This document shows, piece by piece, positions 56,073 through 64,000 of a DNA stretch of 64,000 nt. The translations under genes and the position numbers were made by a program. The notes beneath the pieces are model-generated. The model ran no database searches. It saw only the letters and a program-made list of their open reading frames with translations, and was not told the origin of the DNA. Where the stretch lies: sequence record NC_042116.1. One strand, written 5' to 3'. The stretch's first letter is position 1. The number at the start of each line of letters is the position of its first letter.

Positions 56073-56100
56073 AAGGACGCATAATGCGTCCTTTATTTTT
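56073..56100 (+). terminator. Intrinsic terminator (AAGGACGC family)
   Basis: aaggacgca-taa-tgcgtcctt plus T-rich tail. Confidence 0.75.
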
Positions 56101-56158
56101 AATCGTATACATATAATAAATACCACAAAGCTTTTTATGTTTTTGGAGATAATAATAT

Positions 56159-58519
56159 ATGGCGAATTTCGAACCCAAATGGGATTTGATAGCTGATACC
56201 AATTCGATTAAAGAAGGACAGACTACTTATTTTAGATTACGAATTTCTAAAAGTCAACTTATTTCACCTAACGATGAATATGTACTTGATGATGACCAAT
56301 ATCTTGAATTTACATTTAATATTGTAGGTGCAGGAGAAACATTAGAAGAAAGAGATTTTAACGTATCTATAGGTGAAAGTACTTCAGAATTAATTCCTAT
56401 TGGAGAAGCAGGAACAGGCATCCCACACATTCAGGGAACGCACGTAGTAAAATTAAGTAGAAAAGATTTCCAATTGAGTTCAAGTATAACCTTTATTGAT
56501 GCATTCTTTTTTAAAATAGAATGTCCACAAGACGGAACATGGGATGGACCAGAATCATTAACATTTAATATTGATAGCATAAATGAAATCACATTATTAG
56601 ATGGACAAATTGCCAATACAGTTCCGAGTGGAATTGTGGGAATTAGTACTCAAATTTTAAATTATAATACTGAAGATGAAGTTTGGGTTACTCCCAACTT
56701 AACAACACATGGTGATAATCTATATACTATTGGTGGTATTGGATATGGATCTGAAAGTAGATTATATATTCAAGCATTTGGAAGAAGTGAAACTATAAAT
56801 GGGATTACTAATATTTTTATGCCAGCATATAAAATTGAAAAAATCACTATAGCTGATATTCCCAATGAACACATAACTGGTTCAGGTACTATTTTTATAC
56901 CTGTAGGAGTTGAGGAAGAATCTAATGTTTCAATTTTGGATACTATAGGTAATACAGTACAATCAGGATTAAAATTTAATGCTAACGGTCAGTTAGTACA
57001 AACATTAATATATGATTCTGAACCAATAGATACTTATTTTAAAGCTTCAATTGTGTCTATTACTAGTTATTATAATACACCACAAGATGCATATTTCATT
57101 GGTAAAAGATTTAGAGCATACCAAACATGGGTTTGTCCAACTAATATTACAGATTTTTATGGTGCAGTAAAGCCAAATCATATGTATCAACTTAAAGATA
57201 CTAAAGTATATCCTTATGTAGTAAAAGAAATTATTATTGAAGGAAGTACTAAAATATTATTTGAGGAAGATAAGTGGTATGATTTGGGATTATATAATGA
57301 ATCATTAGGTACTGGTATTATTGGTTCAGAAAGAATGTTTCGTGTTGTTGTAAATGATAATACTGGTACAGATATTTCTTTTGAAACTGATACAAATCTA
57401 GGTGAAATTCATGTTGGTGAATATTTTGGACATTCAGTATATCCTAAAATAATCGCTAGTGGTTCAGATTTAATAACATACCACATTGATTCAACTACTT
57501 CACCAAATGATATTACAAAATATGGATTAGATTTAACAGCAGATGGAATTGTCATTGGTGAAGCATACGCATTAAGTACTGATTTTACTGCTAATGATGA
57601 TATACCATTACAGTTTGATGTAGTCGCTACTAGTAAACTTGGTAAATCATTAACAAAAAGATTTAGATTAAGAATTATTAGAGGATTAGGACAAAACTAT
57701 TTACATGCAGATGTGTACCCATCGTTGACATTAGAACGTTCTTGGTTTAAAATGATAAGTTCAACTACATTTAGTAGAGCATTTTATTATAGGGCATCTG
57801 ACCCACGATATGGAGTAAAAACTATACCTCGTATTTTGTTAAAAGAGAACTTCGTTGATCCAACTAAAAATTGGGAAGGGATTAAACAAACGATTCTCAA
57901 TCTCAGGGCTGGAATAGTTGATACAGTTCATGGTTCACCAACACCAGATGGTTCATTTAGATTAGTACTAGGAAATTATAAAATACGTTCAGCTCTTGAC
58001 AATCAAGGAAATGTGTTGTATGATGTACTGTACAGAGAGCTACATGAAGAAGGTGTACAAGTTAATTTAAGTTTAAATCCATTGAAATATACTGATTATT
58101 CTACCTCTATAATTTCTGAGATTTTTGGATTAAGACAAAATATTTTTAATATTATAGGTGAAGATACCGTAAACTTATTAACAGATCCAACTGATTTAAA
58201 TAATCGTGGTATTGTCGTTGAACCAATCAATGGAATATCTGTCGAAATGTTAGATACAGTTCCTCGTTACATGAATCATCCATATATCGAAGATAACATT
58301 AAACCTATGTATTTCCCATGTATACCAGTTGCATACTTGCAACCAGGGCAAGGTGAAATATTGTTTAATACGATGGTACAAAATAATGAACATGGTACAT
58401 TGCTCAATACTGAATTTGAAGTATCTGGTGTTGAATTTAAATACTATACTGAAAGTACTGACAAATATGTTCAAGAAAACTTTACGGCATCATTAAAAGT
58501 GCCTAATCTATTTCAATAA
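56159..58519 (+). CDS. Large virion structural protein with Ig-like modules (baseplate/tail-associated)
   Basis: AATAAATA at 56115-56122; beta-rich; TNLGEI...GLDLTADGIVIG...FDVVATS...RFRLRI resembles putative Ig domains. Confidence 0.55.
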   Translation: MANFEPKWDLIADTNSIKEGQTTYFRLRISKSQLISPNDEYVLDDDQYLEFTFNIVGAGETLEERDFNVSIGESTSELIPIGEAGTGIPHIQGTHVVKLSRKDFQLSSSITFIDAFFFKIECPQDGTWDGPESLTFNIDSINEITLLDGQIANTVPSGIVGISTQILNYNTEDEVWVTPNLTTHGDNLYTIGGIGYGSESRLYIQAFGRSETINGITNIFMPAYKIEKITIADIPNEHITGSGTIFIPVGVEEESNVSILDTIGNTVQSGLKFNANGQLVQTLIYDSEPIDTYFKASIVSITSYYNTPQDAYFIGKRFRAYQTWVCPTNITDFYGAVKPNHMYQLKDTKVYPYVVKEIIIEGSTKILFEEDKWYDLGLYNESLGTGIIGSERMFRVVVNDNTGTDISFETDTNLGEIHVGEYFGHSVYPKIIASGSDLITYHIDSTTSPNDITKYGLDLTADGIVIGEAYALSTDFTANDDIPLQFDVVATSKLGKSLTKRFRLRIIRGLGQNYLHADVYPSLTLERSWFKMISSTTFSRAFYYRASDPRYGVKTIPRILLKENFVDPTKNWEGIKQTILNLRAGIVDTVHGSPTPDGSFRLVLGNYKIRSALDNQGNVLYDVLYRELHEEGVQVNLSLNPLKYTDYSTSIISEIFGLRQNIFNIIGEDTVNLLTDPTDLNNRGIVVEPINGISVEMLDTVPRYMNHPYIEDNIKPMYFPCIPVAYLQPGQGEILFNTMVQNNEHGTLLNTEFEVSGVEFKYYTESTDKYVQENFTASLKVPNLFQ

Positions 58520-58528
58520 GGAAAATTT

Positions 58529-58831
58529 ATGTTTCATCCATTTTTCGACCCATCATCTTTAAGTGATAAAGAACTATATGATAAAATAACTGAAGTTTCT
58601 GTTAGAATCTCTGCTGCTAGAACATCAGGGATTCAATTTGAAATTATACAATCAATGTACACATTAATTCACGCATGTGAAGAAGAGATTAGAACTAGGC
58701 AAGCTCACAAAGATCTTGAGAGTGTTTCTAAGGAAGATAATTGTGTATTTGATTCAGATAGTTATTTAAATGACAAAGATGATAAAAAGAATGAAAATAC
58801 AAAAAAACAGAACTATAAGCGAGGATGGTGA
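58529..58831 (+). CDS. Hypothetical protein
   Basis: MFHPFFDPSSLSDKELYDKI helical hairpin; AAGG SD. Confidence 0.65.
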   Translation: MFHPFFDPSSLSDKELYDKITEVSVRISAARTSGIQFEIIQSMYTLIHACEEEIRTRQAHKDLESVSKEDNCVFDSDSYLNDKDDKKNENTKKQNYKRGW

Positions 58832-59309
58832 TGTTCGTTTAGATCTGAATGCTGTTGTTTATGCTATAAACTGCGGCACAGACATTACTTATATCCAGCT
58901 TAATGAGCAAGATGAAGTTGAACGATTGAAGTTCAATGATAATTGTAAAAAATTTGGACTTACTGAACGTATGCTAGATTATAAAATAGAACATGATAAA
59001 AATCATGAACTATGGAGATATGATCCAGTATATGATAAAATCAACTTAGAAGATTATTTCCTTTCTTTATGTAGTACTGATGTTGAACGTGATCGAGTAC
59101 TATATGAATTAGGATTGTATGAAAATTATAATATGACCAAACTATTAAGATGTATGATATGGTTGGTAGATTATCTTGACGAACATAATATTTTTTGGGG
59201 ATTAGGTCGTGGAAGTTCAGTAAGCAGCTTTTGTTTGTATTTGATTGGATTACATTTGGTTGATTCAGTGAAATACGAATTAGATGTGAACGAATTTTTG
59301 AAATGGTAA
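58791..59309 (+). CDS. DnaE (Pol III alpha)-like fragment with GS motif (N-part of split mini-polymerase)
   Basis: RDRVLYEL...WGLGRGSSVSSFCLYLIGLHLVDSVKYELDVNEFLK = ERL..EL...[36 protein letters not shown]; start uncertain (58770/58779/58791). Confidence 0.88.
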   Translation: MKIQKNRTISEDGDVRLDLNAVVYAINCGTDITYIQLNEQDEVERLKFNDNCKKFGLTERMLDYKIEHDKNHELWRYDPVYDKINLEDYFLSLCSTDVERDRVLYELGLYENYNMTKLLRCMIWLVDYLDEHNIFWGLGRGSSVSSFCLYLIGLHLVDSVKYELDVNEFLKW

Positions 59310-59327
59310 AAAAAATTATGGTATAAT
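59299..59327 (+). promoter_or_regulatory. TGRAAY-N17-TATAAT promoter
   Basis: tgaaat 59299-59304, A8 in spacer, tataat 59322-59327. Confidence 0.72.
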
Positions 59328-59358
59328 ATACTAGAAGTACAGTTAAAAAGGGATTTTT

Positions 59359-59739
59359 ATGAAGAAACATACTAGCTATCGCGGTCAAAAAATCGATATG
59401 GAAATGTTGAAATTTCAGCATCAATATAGTGTAGCCGTTGGTAACGCAAACATGAATGCACGTGGTGACATTATTGGTCGCGGCGGCACCGTTGTTAAAA
59501 AGCGTGAAGATTTATTGGCAGAACGTGAACGTGAATTACAAAAACCTGATATCAGTCCAGAACATCAAAGCCACTCAATTGCTCCACAAATGGGCGATCC
59601 TATGTCTTTTGCAGATAATGGATTTGATGATACACAGTTTGAAAGTACTCCAACAGGTGATTATATTGAAGAACCAGTTGAAAAGAAAGTACCAGTAAAA
59701 CGTGCAAAAACTAAAGACGCTGATACAGACCAAGAATAA
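59359..59739 (+). CDS. Hypothetical protein
   Basis: AVGNANMNARGDIIGRGG motif; acidic tail. Confidence 0.7.
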   Translation: MKKHTSYRGQKIDMEMLKFQHQYSVAVGNANMNARGDIIGRGGTVVKKREDLLAERERELQKPDISPEHQSHSIAPQMGDPMSFADNGFDDTQFESTPTGDYIEEPVEKKVPVKRAKTKDADTDQE

Positions 59740-59749
59740 GGAAATTAAC

Positions 59750-60070
59750 ATGGAGTCAAAAGTACTTAATGCCTGTAAAGGTAAGGTTTTAGTATCTAAC
59801 TTAGATTCAGGTGAACAAGTTTTAAAATCAGGAATTGTCCTTAGAGATGATGATGGTAAAGTACGTGGTGTACATAGTCGATGGGCTAAAGTATATTCAG
59901 TAGGTGAAGATGTTACCGATATCGAAGCTGGTGAATGGATCTTAGTATCTCATGGTAGATGGTCAAGAACTATCACAGTCGAAGGTATCTCATTAAATTT
60001 AGTAGATTATCCTAAAGGTGTACTTGCAGCATGTAAGGAACGTCCAGATTTTCTTGGATTAGGATATTAA
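59750..60070 (+). CDS. groES: GroES-like co-chaperonin homologue 2 (start revised to ATG 59750)
   Basis: GKVLV...KSGIVL...AKVYSVGEDVTDIEAGEWILV; AAGGA SD. Confidence 0.75.
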   Translation: MESKVLNACKGKVLVSNLDSGEQVLKSGIVLRDDDGKVRGVHSRWAKVYSVGEDVTDIEAGEWILVSHGRWSRTITVEGISLNLVDYPKGVLAACKERPDFLGLGY

Positions 60071-60074
60071 CAAA

Positions 60075-60105
60075 AATGCTCTGCATATGCAGGGCATTAT
60101 TTTTT
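60075..60105 (+). terminator. Intrinsic terminator
   Basis: aatgctctgc-atat-gcagggcatt plus T-rich tail. Confidence 0.65.
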
Positions 60106-60116
60106 ATGGGTATAAT

Positions 60117-60416
60117 ATGAGTATAACAATAGATAATAAATTTAATTTTTATGATGTTAAAATAATTTCTTCCAATAAATCTGGTAAATTTTATTTTGAA
60201 GTAGTTAAAAACAGATCTAAAGTGTATGAAGTATCTGATGATTTATTTAAAACTATGCTGGTTTCAGCGTCTATGCAACAAAATAATAAATCGATTGGAG
60301 CAAGTACAAGTACACGTGCGAATTCATTTGAATACTTATTTGATCAATTAGAAATGACCGAAGATATTTTTACAGCACTATTATATCCAGAATGGATAAA
60401 CGAAAACAAGGAATAA
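60117..60416 (+). CDS. Hypothetical protein (start uncertain)
   Basis: ORF between GroES-2 and clamp loader. Confidence 0.5.
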   Translation: MSITIDNKFNFYDVKIISSNKSGKFYFEVVKNRSKVYEVSDDLFKTMLVSASMQQNNKSIGASTSTRANSFEYLFDQLEMTEDIFTALLYPEWINENKE

Positions 60417-60418
60417 TT

Positions 60419-61369
60419 ATGACAAGTCTATGGACCGAAAAGTACCGACCACAAAATGTTGATGAATATGTATTCAAAAATCCAGCGTTTAAATTAAAGA
60501 TGGAAGAATGGATCAGTACTGGTCAAGTCCCACATATTGGATTTTTTGGACCAGCAGGGACTGGCAAAACTTCTGCCATTAAAGTACTAATTAATGGTTT
60601 AATACAAAATGGATTTGTTGATTCATTTGATGTTACCATTTTAAATATGTCAGATGAAGGTATTGATGCAGTACGTGAAATCGAAAATGCTGCTAGATTA
60701 TCTACCATTGGTGATTATAGAATCTTCGTACTAGAAGAAATGGAACAAATGGGCTTTAAAGCTCAAGGTTCATTAAAACGTATTATGGAAGACTATCATG
60801 AGAATGCTAGATTTATTCTTACATCAAATGAACCACACAAAATTTTAAAACCAATCATATCTCGTGTACAAACCATTAACATTGAAAAACATGATCAAGA
60901 TGAATTCACTACTAGAATTATTGAAATCCTAATCAATGAAGGTGTAGAGCTAGAAACTGAAGAAAGTTTAGATTTGGTTAATAAGTATATTAAATGTACT
61001 TTCCCTGATTTCAGAAAAACATTAAACACGTTGCAAAGTTCAGTAGTTGGTGGTAAATTAGTAAAATTAGAAGATTCAGTTGATAGTACTGCAAGTTATA
61101 GAGGGGCAATTGTAGATGCCTTAAAAGCAGGGAATATTAGACAAATGCGTGAACTTATTGTTCAAAATATTCCAGAAGATGAAATTGATGGATTCTTTAC
61201 ATTTTTATATCAAAATGTTGATATGTTCACCAATGACAGTATTAAAGAAATGAAAATAAAAATCAAAATTCGTGATGCTGTAGTAAAACAAGCAAGTGTA
61301 TCTGATAGAGAAATGAATTTATCTGCACTTTTATGTGAAGTTGATCTTATTTGTAATGATCAAATGTAA
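60419..61369 (+). CDS. gp44: Clamp-loader AAA+ subunit (T4 gp44/RFC-like; start revised to ATG 60419)
   Basis: WTEKYRP, GPAGTGKT, NMSDEGID, FILTSN, FPDFRK. Confidence 0.93.
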   Translation: MTSLWTEKYRPQNVDEYVFKNPAFKLKMEEWISTGQVPHIGFFGPAGTGKTSAIKVLINGLIQNGFVDSFDVTILNMSDEGIDAVREIENAARLSTIGDYRIFVLEEMEQMGFKAQGSLKRIMEDYHENARFILTSNEPHKILKPIISRVQTINIEKHDQDEFTTRIIEILINEGVELETEESLDLVNKYIKCTFPDFRKTLNTLQSSVVGGKLVKLEDSVDSTASYRGAIVDALKAGNIRQMRELIVQNIPEDEIDGFFTFLYQNVDMFTNDSIKEMKIKIKIRDAVVKQASVSDREMNLSALLCEVDLICNDQM

Positions 61370-61380
61370 TAGGAAAATAA

Positions 61381-62007
61381 ATGCAAAATATCAAAAAGAA
61401 AGCAGTACTGTTAGATTGTGATGAAGTACTTTTAAATCACTTAAATGGATTTAAAAAGTATGTTCAAAAATATTATGATATTGAAACAAAAGGTGAACCA
61501 ATGCAATATAACCTACAAGATTGGTTACAATGCGATGGTGAACGAGTTATGGAATTATTGAAGAATTTTAATTTCTACTCATATGAATTTGGGTTACTTG
61601 AACCAATGGATGGTGAAGATACAATCAAATATATGCAACGGTTAAGATTTGAAAATCCTGATGTAGCATTTATTGTTGTAACTAAAAGCGGTACATTTGG
61701 TCATGGTGAAGTACTTCGAAAAGTAAATCTTCATAATGTATTTGGTGATATCTTTGATGATATCATTATCTTAGAGAATTATCAATCTAAACGAAATACA
61801 TACTTAAAGTTAATGCAACAATATGATATTATTGCAGTAGTTGATGATCATCTTGATAATATTCATACTGCACAAAAACTTGGTCTTGATACCGTAGTCT
61901 ATCAATGTTCTCATAATATTTCAGAAAAGGATAATGATAATTATCTATTTGTTGAATGTTGGATTCAAATGTATTATGAACTTAATAAATTAATCAAAGG
62001 GGTATGA
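61381..62007 (+). CDS. HAD-superfamily 5'(3')-nucleotidase-like phosphatase
   Basis: LLDCDEV motif I, VVTK motif II, K...VVDDHLDN motifs III/IV. Confidence 0.85.
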   Translation: MQNIKKKAVLLDCDEVLLNHLNGFKKYVQKYYDIETKGEPMQYNLQDWLQCDGERVMELLKNFNFYSYEFGLLEPMDGEDTIKYMQRLRFENPDVAFIVVTKSGTFGHGEVLRKVNLHNVFGDIFDDIIILENYQSKRNTYLKLMQQYDIIAVVDDHLDNIHTAQKLGLDTVVYQCSHNISEKDNDNYLFVECWIQMYYELNKLIKGV

Positions 62008-62017
62008 TCCCCTTTTT
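61996..62017 (+). terminator. Intrinsic terminator
   Basis: aaagggg-tatgat-ccccttt plus T-run. Confidence 0.6.
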
Positions 62018-62084
62018 GTATAAGTAAATAAGGTTATATTATTATGTTTCTCTTATGAGAAATAACCTTAAAGGAAAAATATAC

Positions 62085-62645
62085 ATGGATAGTTCACAAG
62101 CAATTCAAAATCTCTATGACCAAGATGGATTATTAGATATCCTTCTTGGTGTTGAAGAATATTTTGATAATATGGATTTGTATGCTTATAAGAACTGGAT
62201 ATATGGTGAAGTAGTTGAAGGGCCAATCGTTAGTAAGTATTGGGTTGAAATTACATTAAAATTTGATCATCAAACATTTCCAGATCCAGTAGCAACACAA
62301 ATGTTCGAAAGACAAGGGACAAAAATCTTCATACGTCCAGATTGGGAAATTTACCCAATTGCACACCCACGTGGTAATGAAGATATGCAAAGCGTATTAG
62401 GTAATGGTTCAAGTATGCGTAAACCTAAAGATGAACGCAAAGCAATCATTTTATATAAATTTCAAATTCCTCGCCGTTTAGTTAATCCTGAAAGTTTCGA
62501 TGAATATAAATTAATGGCATCTGATTTTAATAGCAATACAATGCAAGATGATGTGGATGTTCCAGAAAAAGATCCTCAAGACCAAGAATCGATGGAAGGT
62601 CAAGATGATGATATTCAATTCGATGAAACTCAAGGAGGACTATAA
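62085..62645 (+). CDS. Hypothetical protein (start revised to ATG 62085)
   Basis: AAGGA SD; AGTAAATA at 62023-62030; DLYAYKNW...GP motif. Confidence 0.7.
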   Translation: MDSSQAIQNLYDQDGLLDILLGVEEYFDNMDLYAYKNWIYGEVVEGPIVSKYWVEITLKFDHQTFPDPVATQMFERQGTKIFIRPDWEIYPIAHPRGNEDMQSVLGNGSSMRKPKDERKAIILYKFQIPRRLVNPESFDEYKLMASDFNSNTMQDDVDVPEKDPQDQESMEGQDDDIQFDETQGGL

Positions 62646-63328
62646 TGTCTAAAAGAATTTATGAAAGGGCGTTAAGACCATTAGTACTTAAAGATTTAAT
62701 ACATCCAATAATTAGCATTGATGAATATACTCCAAAAATTGATGAAACAAATATTGTAGTACTATTTCAAGTACTTGATAACTTCGATGCAGCATATGAT
62801 TTAAGTTCATTTATAGAACGTTCTCCAGTTGAAGTGGTTGATACTGAGGCGGCTGAAACTCCAAATGTTGATGGTCGATATATGGTATTTGCTGAATTTG
62901 AAAGGAATGGAGAATTTCCTAATAAACTAATGTCATTGATAAAATCAATTGAAAATATTTGTCCAGATCCTGGTTGGAAATTACAAGTGTATGGCATTAA
63001 TGATCCTATTGATTTAGACATAGACTCTATTACTGATGGAATGGAACTTATTAGTGAAGAAGAATTAAAAGAGTTTTTTGATTTTGCACCAATTAATGTG
63101 GAATTTTTAAAAGAGTCAATTAAATTAAAAAGTATATATGGTTCAGAATTGCATTACAGTTTAGGTTCTGGTATAGTTGATGAAGATTATATCAAAGGAT
63201 TATTAAAAGAAGAAATGACACTAGATGGAACTCGCTTAAGTGCAGTTCTTGGTGAGCATTATGATGTTCTTAGAAGTGGTAAAAATTATATTGTTGGAAT
63301 TAATGGGCGATATATCGTATTAAGATAA
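62645..63328 (+). CDS. Hypothetical protein
   Basis: ISIDEYTPKI, DLSSFIE motifs; overlap with upstream stop. Confidence 0.7.
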   Translation: MSKRIYERALRPLVLKDLIHPIISIDEYTPKIDETNIVVLFQVLDNFDAAYDLSSFIERSPVEVVDTEAAETPNVDGRYMVFAEFERNGEFPNKLMSLIKSIENICPDPGWKLQVYGINDPIDLDIDSITDGMELISEEELKEFFDFAPINVEFLKESIKLKSIYGSELHYSLGSGIVDEDYIKGLLKEEMTLDGTRLSAVLGEHYDVLRSGKNYIVGINGRYIVLR

Positions 63329-64000
63329 TGAAAATATATAATATGTTAATTGCACTACATGAAAGTACTAAAACACCTTTACATCAATACGGTAATGTTG
63401 GTTTAAGTAAGCGATTATATGTAAGAACTTACGAAATCAATAGAATTGGTAAAAATTATGATAACATCAATCGTAGTGATGTTGGTACTGAACTGGTTCT
63501 AAAAGCATATTTGGCTCGTAAAGTTTATATTAATGAACAATACCTACGAGGTAGGTTTTTAATTGATGAACTATATGAGAAAGAAGTTCAGTTCACTAAT
63601 GGTTTATGGAGAATATTCTCAGTTGAAGTCTTTGGGGAATTGCTACCTGAACTACCTGTGCCGACAACATACAAAGAATTACAACATATTTTTGATCATA
63701 GTGATGTATATAAAGAGTTCAACTTATATACTACAGTTAAAGAAGCAGTTATTCATAATCAAATAGCAGATTCAGACAAATGCGTCAGTATGCGAGATTT
63801 TGATTTATTTTGCTCATTACCAGGTAGTACTGGTTGGACTTCAATACAACATGGTGCAAGTTTAGTTGATGGTAGAACTGAAGCTCCACAACGATTATTA
63901 CAAGCATGTATGGGTATGTACCGATATGAGTTTATAGGTTGCCCTGAACCGTATGAAAATTTTTGGAAAGAACGTGCTTCACTAGCAATGAAAAAAGCTA
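63328..64000 (+). CDS. Hypothetical protein, 3'-truncated by window end (absent from ORF track)
   Basis: TAATG overlap; frame translates without a stop to 64000 (MKIYNMLIALHESTKTP...). Confidence 0.7.
   Translation, partial: MKIYNMLIALHESTKTPLHQYGNVGLSKRLYVRTYEINRIGKNYDNINRSDVGTELVLKAYLARKVYINEQYLRGRFLIDELYEKEVQFTNGLWRIFSVEVFGELLPELPVPTTYKELQHIFDHSDVYKEFNLYTTVKEAVIHNQIADSDKCVSMRDFDLFCSLPGSTGWTSIQHGASLVDGRTEAPQRLLQACMGMYRYEFIGCPEPYENFWKERASLAMKKA

Noticed and set aside
59290-59360. Split intein or trans-splicing intron joining the two DnaE halves
   Set aside because: The N-half ends FLKW-stop followed by a promoter; the C-half has only 12 residues before the conserved Arg; no intein or ribozyme elements seen.
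60088-60119. TATAAT directly before ATG 60117 as a leaderless or TGRAAY promoter
   Set aside because: No TGn, the -35 position reads TGCAGG, and a start site about 7 nt downstream would fall inside the ORF.

Overview
A 64-kb stretch of an AT-rich (roughly 31-33% GC by eye) lytic jumbo myophage genome. Gene content and order (T4-type PolB, gp32 SSB, UvsX/UvsY/UvsW, gp17 terminase, gp61/gp41 primase-helicase, two-subunit type II topoisomerase, NrdAB, IF3, two GroES homologues) resemble the RaK2/GAP32/PBECO4/121Q-like enterobacterial jumbo phages. This placement is an inference; no database search was run. The window is almost fully coding, uses the standard genetic code, and shows no tRNA or CRISPR array. 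nrdB is interrupted by a group IA2 intron carrying a GIY-YIG homing endonuclease. Main highlights: (1) a miniature C-family (DnaE) polymerase split into two genes about 35 kb apart, joining exactly at the catalytic palm, with catalytic aspartates retained and no intein; (2) a 12-member promoter class TGRAAY-N17-TATAAT with an invariant TGn extended -10; (3) about 5-6-fold enrichment of the palindrome AGTACT in manually counted segments; (4) a probably inactive terminase-ATPase copy beside the real terminase; (5) tandem T4-T-like holin paralogues; (6) a phage IF3 with a possible non-canonical AUA start; (7) paralogous HExxH/GNAT-like virion proteins with I/L-x-E maturation motifs. Several start codons are revised from the ORF track using Shine-Dalgarno position.
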